Source of the DNA: Minisyncoccota bacterium
Lineage (GTDB): Archaea > Nanobdellota > Nanobdellia > Pacearchaeales > GW2011-AR1
NCBI GenBank assembly: GCA_035453125.1
Contig: DAOTCN010000002.1
Location: forward strand, 72,289-136,288
Reading direction: 5' to 3'
Length of the DNA stretch: 64,000 nucleotides
The notes under the pieces were generated by a model. That model did not search any database and was not told where the DNA came from. It saw only the letters and a list, made by a program, of their open reading frames with translations. This document shows, piece after piece, positions 1 to 7,875 of this stretch (the first letter of the stretch is position 1; each line of letters begins with the position of its first letter). The position numbers and the translations under genes were made by a program.

Positions 1-1
1 T

Positions 2-1381
2 GTTCTTTTTTTATACAAAAAAAGAAAGAGTCTACAAAGAGAAGGACCTTTATTTTTATACAAAACAAAAATTGGAATAAAAGCTATTAATTATTTTAGT
101 AAAAAATATGAAAAACAATTAAGATGGATTCAATATTTATCAATAATTACTGGATATATATTGATGATTATAATTTTATATCTTTTTATACAAATTGTAT
201 ACATCTATGCAATACAACCTGATACTGTAAGAGCAATTAAAATTCCTCCAGTGATGCCTTTAATTCCTTATCTTCCTGCAATGTTCAAAGTTAGTTTTTT
301 ACCACCTTTTTATTTTATTTACTGGATATTAATACTTGCAGTTGTTGCAATTAGTCATGAATTTGCCCATGGAATTTTTGCTAAATTCCATAAGATAAAG
401 GTAAAAGCTACAGGATTTGGATTTCTTGGACCTTTTTTAGCTGCTTTTGTTGAGCCTGATGAAAAAAGGATGGAAAAGCTTCCAATAAAAAAACAACTTT
501 CTATTTTAAGTGCAGGAACATTTGCTAATATATTAATTTCTTTATTATTTATTATCATATTTATTATATTTTTTTGGTTAATGTTTATGCCTGCAGGTGC
601 TATTTTTAATACATATACTTTCCGAGAAATTAATGTAACTCAAATAGACTGGATTAATTCGAAGAATATAACTTATTATTCTCAAAATGAAATATTAAAT
701 AATCTAGATATTAATAATAAGAATAATTTAACTAAAATAATAATTGATGATAAAAGTTATCTAATAAGTAATGAATATTTAATTGATTCTATTAATCAAA
801 GTAAAGAAATAATGATAGCATATGAAGATATGCCTGCAATAAATGTTGGTCTTTCTGGAGCAATAATTGAATTTAATGGGATAAAAGTAAGAAATACAAA
901 TGAACTAATTAATGAATTAAAAAAATATAGCCCTGGTGATAATGTTGAAATTAAAACAAAAATAGATAAAAACATAAAAGAATATGATATTACTCTTGCT
1001 GCTAAACCTACAAATAAAAATGCTGCTTATCTAGGTATTGGTCTTTTAGAATCAAGCAGAAAGGGAATAGCTGGGAAAATATATTCAATAATTTCTATAA
1101 TAAGACAACCAGGAACATATTATGAAAGTAAAATTGGAAGTGATTTAACTGTTTTTATACAAGATTTTCTCTGGTGGATGATATTAATAAACATAAGTGT
1201 TGCACTTGTTAATATGCTTCCTTTAGGAATATTTGATGGAGGAAAAGTTTTTTATTTAACTGTCCTATATTTTGCAAAATCAGAAGATATTGCTAAAAAA
1301 TCGTTTAAAGCAATAACAATGCTATTGTTATTTTTGTTAGGTATAATGATGTTATTTTGGTTTTTTTCAATGTTTATTTAA
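2..1381 (+). CDS. Site-2 protease (M50 zinc metalloprotease) with PDZ-like insert; 5'-partial
   Basis: HEFAH zinc motif, NxxPxxxxDGG motif (NMLPLGIFDGG), multiple TM segments. The frame is open from nt 2 (VLFLYKKRK...), so the true start lies upstream of the window. Confidence 0.9.
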   Translation, partial: VLFLYKKRKSLQREGPLFLYKTKIGIKAINYFSKKYEKQLRWIQYLSIITGYILMIIILYLFIQIVYIYAIQPDTVRAIKIPPVMPLIPYLPAMFKVSFLPPFYFIYWILILAVVAISHEFAHGIFAKFHKIKVKATGFGFLGPFLAAFVEPDEKRMEKLPIKKQLSILSAGTFANILISLLFIIIFIIFFWLMFMPAGAIFNTYTFREINVTQIDWINSKNITYYSQNEILNNLDINNKNNLTKIIIDDKSYLISNEYLIDSINQSKEIMIAYEDMPAINVGLSGAIIEFNGIKVRNTNELINELKKYSPGDNVEIKTKIDKNIKEYDITLAAKPTNKNAAYLGIGLLESSRKGIAGKIYSIISIIRQPGTYYESKIGSDLTVFIQDFLWWMILINISVALVNMLPLGIFDGGKVFYLTVLYFAKSEDIAKKSFKAITMLLLFLLGIMMLFWFFSMFI

Positions 1382-1472
1382 ATAAAGTTTATTTTTTTAT
1401 TTTTTTGAGAGATATTTGAATAATTTTTATCGACGGAAATAAAATATTTTCAAAAAAAAATTTCAAAAAATA

Positions 1473-1486
1473 GAAAGGTATTTAAA
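1473..1486 (+). promoter_or_regulatory. Archaeal BRE/TATA promoter candidate (GAAAGG-TATTTAAA)
   Basis: Purine-rich BRE directly followed by a TATA-like box; no long ORF follows on this strand. Confidence 0.5.
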
Positions 1487-1549
1487 TGATATTTGATTAA
1501 TTTTATTATTAAATAAAAAGAGGTAACCAACTTAATTGGTTAATTAAAA

Positions 1550-1576
1550 ATGGCAAAGAAAAAGAAAAAAAGATAA
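1550..1576 (+). CDS. Candidate 8-aa basic micropeptide MAKKKKKR
   Basis: ATG GCA AAG AAA AAG AAA AAA AGA TAA downstream of the promoter candidate, GAGGT (1520-1524) and a 7-bp hairpin (1524-1542). Not in the ORF track. Confidence 0.3.
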   Translation: MAKKKKKR

Positions 1577-1675
1577 AATTCCGTTAATAATTTAATTTTT
1601 TATTTATTTTAATATTTGATTCTATTTCTTTTATTATTTTTATAATATTCTAAAAAAATATATGTTAATCTCAAG

Positions 1676-2026
1676 TTATAAATAAACAATACCTTCTTTT
1701 GTTAATGCAACAAAACGAATTCCTGCTGGAAGTGAAAGAATAGCAGAAATTAATGCCATATGTTCTTTGCCCTCACCAGAAGCAATTGAAAGAGCAACTT
1801 CAGTATCATTAATTTTTCCCTGTAACTTCTTTTGAATTTCTTGTTTAAGATCAATTAACTTCTTATTTGTATCAACTTCAATAAATTCAGTTGACTTTTC
1901 TGTTTTAAAATCTTTTGCAAATGAACTTCCAACTAAGATTATTTTATCCCACTCTCCTTGTTTTATTAAACCAGCTACCTGACCCCAAGTTCCTTTTCCA
2001 GAACTAAGTAATGCTATTAATTCCAT
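1676..2026 (-). CDS. Stand-alone CARF-like (Rossmann-fold) protein
   Basis: b1-loop LIALLSSGKGT, b4-helix VALSIASGEGKEHMALISAIL (resembles CARF motif II, DxTGGxK/R), terminal beta hairpin IRFVALTKEGIVYL. Confidence 0.5.
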   Translation of the reverse strand: MELIALLSSGKGTWGQVAGLIKQGEWDKIILVGSSFAKDFKTEKSTEFIEVDTNKKLIDLKQEIQKKLQGKINDTEVALSIASGEGKEHMALISAILSLPAGIRFVALTKEGIVYL

Positions 2027-2058
2027 CTTAAATAAAAAGATATTTTATTAATAAGAAA

Positions 2059-2071
2059 AAACATTATGTTT
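2059..2071. promoter_or_regulatory. Inverted repeat AAACAT-T-ATGTTT between divergent genes; candidate operator
   Basis: 6-bp arms overlapping the start of the TTTATAAG box upstream of the wHTH gene. Confidence 0.35.
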
Positions 2072-2100
2072 ATAAGTATTGTTGCGTTGATAACTATAAT

Positions 2101-2556
2101 ATGCCAAAAGATGTGCCTTTAAGTGAGATTATTTTAAGAAAATATGAGAAACCATATAATATTGAAAAGAGACAGTTAGTTAAAAAAATATGTCTCTCAC
2201 TTGGACTTTTACAGCCAGGTGATAGCCGTGATGTGATAATTGATGTTCTTATGGTTTTACTTGAAGAACGAGAAAATAAATCAAAACTTGATTCTTATCA
2301 GATAAAGGCTAAAGTAGAGGAGATGCGAACAAAACATAATCTTGAAATGAGGGGAATTGCTGAATCAAATATAAGAAGACAGTTAAAAAGATTAAGAGAT
2401 TTGATGATTATTGAAAAAAAACAAAATCTTTATTACATTTCTGAATTTGAATCACTGCATGAAATTTTTGAACAAAAAATTCAGAAATTAATCGTTGACC
2501 CGAGTATTGAAAGACTTAAAGACTACCTGAAAGAGCTTGATAAACCAAAAGACTAG
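2101..2556 (+). CDS. Winged helix-turn-helix transcriptional regulator
   Basis: Helix AESNIRRQLKRLRDLMIIEK followed by wing QNLYYIS. Confidence 0.7.
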   Translation: MPKDVPLSEIILRKYEKPYNIEKRQLVKKICLSLGLLQPGDSRDVIIDVLMVLLEERENKSKLDSYQIKAKVEEMRTKHNLEMRGIAESNIRRQLKRLRDLMIIEKKQNLYYISEFESLHEIFEQKIQKLIVDPSIERLKDYLKELDKPKD

Positions 2557-2580
2557 ATAAAAAAAGGAATAAATTAATTA

Positions 2581-2856
2581 TTAATTAAAATCAATACCTA
2601 AAACATTTTTAATAAAAATCTCAATTTCAACAATTTTTTCTTTATTTAGTGAAACTTGTAAACCATATGGTGCAGGTTTAGTTAAAATTAAGTTTTCTTT
2701 AATTAATTCTTTTGCAATTTTATCAATATCTTTTCCCATATGGGATGGAAATCCTCTTCTTAATGTATCAAATGCAGTATGAACTCCACCAATAACTTTT
2801 TTTCTTCTAAGATGATACAAAATTGTTGCTTTTATTTTATCATCATCTAAATCCAT
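2581..2856 (-). CDS. Small hypothetical protein (winged-helix-like; possible toxin-antitoxin component)
   Basis: 91-aa ORF with IGGVHT and KPAPYGLQVSLN segments; divergent from the 3011 wHTH gene. Confidence 0.5.
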   Translation of the reverse strand: MDLDDDKIKATILYHLRRKKVIGGVHTAFDTLRRGFPSHMGKDIDKIAKELIKENLILTKPAPYGLQVSLNKEKIVEIEIFIKNVLGIDFN

Positions 2857-3010
2857 TATTAAACCAATAATGAGTAATATTTAAATGTTTCTAATTTTGT
2901 TATTTAAAAACATTAATCAAAACATTTATAAAGTCTTAAAGGGTTAGTAAATTAAGAAAAATGGAAAAAAGAAAATTCTTGATTTTCTAAACCATTTTTT
3001 AAAAGAAAAA

Positions 3011-3316
3011 ATGGAAAATGAAACAATATTTTTACATGTTTTTGGTAATAATCCCATAACTAAAGTTTTAGATTTTCTAATAACCTTCCAGTTATTTGAT
3101 TATCCTCTAACAGAAATAGCAAAAAATTCAGGAGTCAGCTATTCAACTCTTCAGACATTCTGGGATAGATTAGTTGATAATAAAATAGTAATTAAAACAA
3201 GAAGAGTTGGTAAATCGGATTTGTATAAATTAAATACCAATAATCCTGCAGTTAAACAATTAATAAAACTTGATTGGAATTTAATAAAGGGTGCTGAACA
3301 AGAGATAATTAGTTAA
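3011..3316 (+). CDS. Small winged-HTH DNA-binding protein
   Basis: HTH DYPLTEIAKNSGVSYSTLQTFW and wing KTRRVGKSDLYKLN. Confidence 0.75.
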   Translation: MENETIFLHVFGNNPITKVLDFLITFQLFDYPLTEIAKNSGVSYSTLQTFWDRLVDNKIVIKTRRVGKSDLYKLNTNNPAVKQLIKLDWNLIKGAEQEIIS

Positions 3317-4328
3317 CTACATTATTTATTTTCAATCTTAAACAGTTTATTAGTTTATAACTATCTGCCCATTTTGCATAAGCTTGCCAACCTTGAAAAC
3401 TTTCTAAGATTTTTTCCTTAGAAATTTCACTATTTTTAAATAAACTGACTTTGTTAATCATATTTTTTATATTTCTTTTTCTTAATAGTCTAAAATAATA
3501 GTAATTTCTAAAGCCAACAAAATCAATACCTCTTGAAAGACATATAATTCTTGATTTGTCTTTATGTAATTCTAATTTTAATTCTACATTTAAAAATTCA
3601 TTAATTTGCTCTTTCCATATTTCAAGTTGTGATTTTGAGTTATGCAAAATTACAAAGTCATCAACATAACGAATGTAATACTTTACATTTAATTTGTGTT
3701 TGGCAAAATAGTCTAATTCATTAAGATAAACATTAGCAAAGAATTGACTTGTTAAATTGCCTAAAGGCATACCAATTCCCTTACTTTTTTGTCCATTTTC
3801 AAGAATAATTTTTATTAAATTAACAATTTTAATATCATTTATTCTTTGAGTTATAACATTTATCAGAACATTATGATTAACTTCTTCAAAATAATGTTTA
3901 ATATCTGCTTTAAGGCAAAATGCTTCAGATTCTAAGTTATTGGTGACTTTTCTCTTAAACAAATCAAATCTTTTGAGCGCAAACAAATTTCCTTTTCCTT
4001 TCCTGTTTGCACAAGAATCATAAATAAATGTTTTATCAAATATTAGTTCTATGATATTAATCAAAGCATGATGAACTATTCGGTCTCTGAAATCTGCTTT
4101 TGAAATTTTACGAGTTTTTGGATCTCGCAAAATAAATGTTTCTAATGATTTTGGTAAATAATTTTCATTTTTTAGCTCTCTGTAGAGTTGCAATAAATTA
4201 CCTAAAACATCTTTTTCAAATTCAATAACATAATTTCTTTTTGTTTTTCCTTTTCTTGCTTTTCTCCAAGCAAGAATTAAATTACTTTTAGAGTAAACAT
4301 CTTTGTAAAGACTTTTATAAGTTTTCAT
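3309..4328 (-). CDS. DGR reverse transcriptase
   Basis: RDPKTRKISKADFRDRIVHHAL, ADIKHYF, GMPLGNLTSQFFAN (DGR-type LGNxxSQ rather than QGxxxSP), YIRYVDDF, IDFVG. 339 aa with no endonuclease domain. Confidence 0.95.
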   Translation of the reverse strand: MKTYKSLYKDVYSKSNLILAWRKARKGKTKRNYVIEFEKDVLGNLLQLYRELKNENYLPKSLETFILRDPKTRKISKADFRDRIVHHALINIIELIFDKTFIYDSCANRKGKGNLFALKRFDLFKRKVTNNLESEAFCLKADIKHYFEEVNHNVLINVITQRINDIKIVNLIKIILENGQKSKGIGMPLGNLTSQFFANVYLNELDYFAKHKLNVKYYIRYVDDFVILHNSKSQLEIWKEQINEFLNVELKLELHKDKSRIICLSRGIDFVGFRNYYYFRLLRKRNIKNMINKVSLFKNSEISKEKILESFQGWQAYAKWADSYKLINCLRLKINNVVN

Positions 4329-4341
4329 GCCCTAGTTGAGC

Positions 4342-4429
4342 TATTTCAAGCGAAGCATTGGAATTCTCAGGATTCCTGTTGCAATTCAGGTTAGCCCTAT
4401 CTGAATTCGCATTAAACCTCGCGACACTT
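4342..4429 (-). repeat. DGR template repeat (TR)
   Basis: Ungapped alignment to 4743-4830 (offset 401). 19 mismatches, all at minus-strand A. Reads AAY-rich in the target frame (SVARFNANSDRANLNCNRNPENSNASLEI). Confidence 0.95.
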
Positions 4430-4713
4430 GTAGCAAATTCATCATTTAGCACCATATATTCAGATTTTACTCAAAACTTACCCAAGGTTTTTCATTGTTA
4501 CTAACTGTTTATATTGAATTTTATGGCTTTATTAATATTAATTGATATTATTTAACATTTAAAGCACTAATGAATTTACATGTAGCCCAAGTTTCCTAGG
4601 GAATATATGTTAAATTCAAATAGTTTAACAAAATTTAGTTAATCTAATTTATAGATTAAAAAAGAATTATAATTTTATTCTAAATTAACTTGAAAAGTAA
4701 TTTTTCGGCGCGT

Positions 4714-4759
4714 GTGCTTCGCTACCTTCAGTAACTCGCAAATACCCCAAGCGAAGCAC
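4714..4759. promoter_or_regulatory. 10-bp inverted repeat GTGCTTCGCT (4714-4723) / AGCGAAGCAC (4750-4759) at the VR 3' end; candidate DGR cis element
   Basis: Exact reverse complements, GC-rich in an AT-rich context. DGRs commonly carry a hairpin 3' of IMH. Confidence 0.5.
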
Positions 4760-5519
4760 TGGAACTCCCAGGACCCCCGGAGCAATACAGGGCAGCCCAA
4801 CCTGAATTCGCATAAAACCCCGCGACACATTCATCTTTATTTTTTGGTTTAGAGTTCAGTCTCAAAATATATGCTGGAGTCTGATTTATTTTTTGATAAA
4901 CTGCATCTATTTCATTTACATTTTGTGTTCCTAAAATATATTCTAAGTAATCTTTTGGAGAAACTTTTGAAATAAATCCATCTTTGCCTACAAAATCTGT
5001 ATCAATTTGATATTGTTCATTTGGAATTTTATAATTATGAATGACATTATCTTTTCCAGTTGGATTATAGTTTATTCTTGTTAGTGTCATAAGATATTTA
5101 GCTCTCATTTGATTTTTTACAAATTCTCTTGCTTCTTGTGATTCATCTGTATCTAATTTTGATAAAGCATAAAAAGTTGCGTGATGAAGAGGCATGTCTG
5201 CAACATAAAAATCTCCTCTTTCTCTTGCCTTAATTGAATATTCTGCCCAATCATCTTGTGTTTTTTTTATTCCATTATCTAAAAGTGCTTTTGCAAGTCT
5301 AACTGTACAATCTTTTCCTCTATATTTTACTCCATCAATTTCCCAATAGTCTATTGTTGAATTTATGTTAACTGGATAAATATCTGTTTGTGTTTGTGGT
5401 GTTTCTTTAGCTTTTCTTTCAAGTTCTTCTCTTTCTTGTCTTTCTCTTTCTGCTATTCGCTTTGCTACTTCAATCATTCTTTCTCTATTTGAAAATGAGT
5501 TTAGTTTTTGTGTTGTCAT
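4728..5519 (-). CDS. DGR target (variable) protein; N-terminal charged coiled coil, C-terminal VR (CLec-like fold expected)
   Basis: VR lies in the last ~35 codons; N-terminus ERMIEVAKRIAERERQEREELERKAKE. Confidence 0.9.
   Translation of the reverse strand: MTTQKLNSFSNRERMIEVAKRIAERERQEREELERKAKETPQTQTDIYPVNINSTIDYWEIDGVKYRGKDCTVRLAKALLDNGIKKTQDDWAEYSIKARERGDFYVADMPLHHATFYALSKLDTDESQEAREFVKNQMRAKYLMTLTRINYNPTGKDNVIHNYKIPNEQYQIDTDFVGKDGFISKVSPKDYLEYILGTQNVNEIDAVYQKINQTPAYILRLNSKPKNKDECVAGFYANSGWAALYCSGGPGSSSASLGVFASY
4743..4830 (-). repeat. DGR variable repeat (VR) at the 3' end of the target gene
   Basis: Encodes CVAGFYANSGWAALYCSGGPGSSSASLGV; identical to TR except at TR adenines. Confidence 0.95.
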
Positions 5520-5640
5520 TTTTTGTTTTATGTGTTTTTGTTTATTTTTTTTATTTGGTTGTAGTTTATTTTTGTTTTTGGGTTTTTATTGACTATTCGT
5601 CATTTCACTTATTCATTTGTTCACTTCTTTACTTCTTCAC

Positions 5641-6957
5641 TTATCCTTTTGGATTGAGCAATTCAGATAGTTGTCTGCTTAGGTCAGTTGGGTTTTGAGA
5701 ATTATATTCAGCAGTTTCTCTAATTACCTCTTTAACTGGTTTCCATCTTTCATCTGTTTTGGATATTTTATCTAAAAGATTGCTTAGTCTTGAATCAGAT
5801 ATTCCTGCATTTGCAAAAACTAATGCTTCTTCAAGTTTAGGGAATTTATCAAGAATGTCTGCTCTTATTCTTGAATTTCTGCCCAAAACATTATCAAAAG
5901 CAGAATAAACATCTCCTCCATTCTCAATATCAACATAAGCTGGAGAAATTGCACCTGAATAAGGAACAGTAAATTTTAAACAGTCTAAAAATAATTCAGG
6001 TTGTTTTGGTTCGTGTCCTCTTGATTCCGCAATCATACTTAATGCTTCACTAAAGGCAATTGTAGAAAAAACTGCTCTTGGTGAAAGAACAAATATTTTA
6101 TTTTCGTCATTATCTTCTCTTATGCCTTCAATATTTGGCCATTTAGTATCAACAGCAATTTTACTATGTCCTGCAACCTTTTCAAGAAAATCCAATCCCT
6201 CTGTTAGATAAACACCTAACAAATTAATTGTAGAATGTCTGTCAGTTGATTTAAACTCTTGATTTAAGGCTAAAATATCTTCTTTAGTAACAGATGAATT
6301 TGAATGAATATCTGCACGAGGATTTTTCTTTCCGCCAAATATTTCATTTAAATCTCTTGCAGAAGGTCTAAAATCTGGATGATCTAACTTTACAATTAAG
6401 TGCATTCTATCTTTTAATGCTCTATCTGAATCAGCAACACCTACATATTATCCATCTCCAAGATTTCCGGTTGCAAATAGAACACTATATCCGTCTGTTC
6501 CAAGATTAACTATCTTACCATTATGAACAAATTTTCCATCTGCAAAATCAAAAAAATAATTTTGAACAATTGGAGGACATCTATTTAACTCATCTACAAA
6601 AAATAAATTCTTTTTTACATTTTCAGTTAATTCTACTAAATCTTTATCAGATACATCAACTCCAGGTTTTAACTTACCGAGATTAATTTGCTTAAGCAAT
6701 TCTGAAGGTTCGAAATCTGGTCTTCCCATTGCATAACAAGAAGAATCTCCGAAAATACTAACTAAATCATTTCCCAACTGTGTTTTTCCTCTTCCAGTTC
6801 CTCCAACATAATAAACATTAAGTTGAGCGATCAGTGGTGCTTTAACTAAAACATCTTTTGCACTATATTCAACTCCACCTAAAGCAATTCTCCGACTATT
6901 AATATAATGTCCGTCATCTAATTTTCTAATTGTCTCTTTTGATCTATCGCTTATCAT
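5641..6957 (-). pseudogene. MoxR/AAA_5-like AAA+ ATPase interrupted by one in-frame TAA (6448-6450)
   Basis: Walker A GGTGRGKT, Walker B FFVDELNR, sensor ATGN. After the TAA the same frame continues YVGVADSDRALKDR-MHLIV into the 5641-6405 ORF; about 438 codons in total. Confidence 0.8.
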
Positions 6958-7094
6958 GTAAAAGTAGCATAATATACTACTTTTTAAACCTTTCGGTTAG
7001 TAGTAACTTTATAGTAGTTACTATTACTCTAAAAAGATTATTTTGAAAAAATCAACAAAGCAAAAAATGTCTTTTCCGGATAGAACCCGAAAAT

Positions 7095-7109
7095 AAAAAG
7101 CTTTATAAA
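7095..7109 (+). promoter_or_regulatory. BRE/TATA promoter of the uL1 operon
   Basis: AAAAAG-C-TTTATAAA, about 135 nt upstream of the rpl1 ATG. Confidence 0.6.
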
Positions 7110-7244
7110 GCACTTAGAATTGAACATTTTATATCAAACTACATCAACTAGTTCAAGTAATTCTGAACATAAGTTGCATAGGTAGAAGATTGAACCTTTG
7201 ACAAAAAAGGTTCCCAAAAATAAAAGCTGAACTTAATTAAGAAA

Positions 7245-7874
7245 ATGGCAGAATTAAAATTATCTTTAGAAAAAGCTATAGAAGAAATTAGAAAACAAGA
7301 AAAAAAGAAATTTGTTCAAAGCATAGACTTAATTATAAATTTAAGAAAATTTGATGTAAAAAAAACGCAAGTTAATACTTTTATTCCACTTCTACATAAA
7401 ATCAAGGATAAAAAAGTTTGTGGATTTATTGAAACAAAAACACCTTTAATAAATACAATTAACAAAGCAAGTTTTCCGAATTATAAAGATAAAAAATCAC
7501 TGAAAAATTTAGTTAAACAATATGATTTTTTTATTGCTTCTGCACAATTAATGCCTGCAGTTGCTTCAACATTTGGTAGAGTTCTTGGACCTGCTGGAAA
7601 AATGCCATCACCAAAGCTTGGAATTCTTGTTAATGAAAGCGAGGGAGCTATTAAAGATTTGATAAACAAAGTAAATGCAGTTGTTAGAGTTCAGACAAAA
7701 GAACCTTCGATTAAACTAATGATTGGAAAAGAAAGTATGAAAGATGAAGAGATTAAAGAAAACATTGAATCAGTCTATCATTCTATTTTAAATGAACTTC
7801 CAAATAAAAAAGAAAATATCAAATCAGTTATGATAAAAACAACAATGGGAAAAGCAATAAAATTGGAGATGTAA
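7245..7874 (+). CDS. rpl1: 50S ribosomal protein uL1
   Basis: KKKFVQSIDLIINL, GRVLGPAGKMPSP, KTTMGK motifs. Confidence 0.97.
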   Translation: MAELKLSLEKAIEEIRKQEKKKFVQSIDLIINLRKFDVKKTQVNTFIPLLHKIKDKKVCGFIETKTPLINTINKASFPNYKDKKSLKNLVKQYDFFIASAQLMPAVASTFGRVLGPAGKMPSPKLGILVNESEGAIKDLINKVNAVVRVQTKEPSIKLMIGKESMKDEEIKENIESVYHSILNELPNKKENIKSVMIKTTMGKAIKLEM

Positions 7875-7875
7875 A

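Larger units (their letters stand above)
3309..5519 (-). mobile_element. Diversity-generating retroelement (target gene with VR, TR, RT; no Avd seen)
   Basis: RT with DGR-type motifs plus an 88-nt TR/VR pair whose mismatches are all adenine-specific. Confidence 0.95.

Noticed and set aside
2000-2015. SSGKGT as a Walker A motif in the 1676-2026 protein
   Set aside because: It lacks the first Gly of GxxxxGK[ST] and no Walker B follows; a CARF-type loop fits better, though this is unconfirmed.
3309-4328. RT as a group II intron, retron or CRISPR-associated RT
   Set aside because: It has LGNxxSQ rather than QGxxxSP, no maturase or endonuclease extension, and an adjacent adenine-specific TR/VR pair.
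5462-5698. 78-aa + strand ORF that looks like a membrane protein
   Set aside because: It is the antisense reading of an A/C-rich intergenic stretch and overlaps two minus-strand genes.
6448-6450. Genome-wide stop-codon reassignment explaining the split AAA+ gene
   Set aside because: TAA ends many clearly complete genes in the window (e.g. ribosomal proteins); this is an isolated event.
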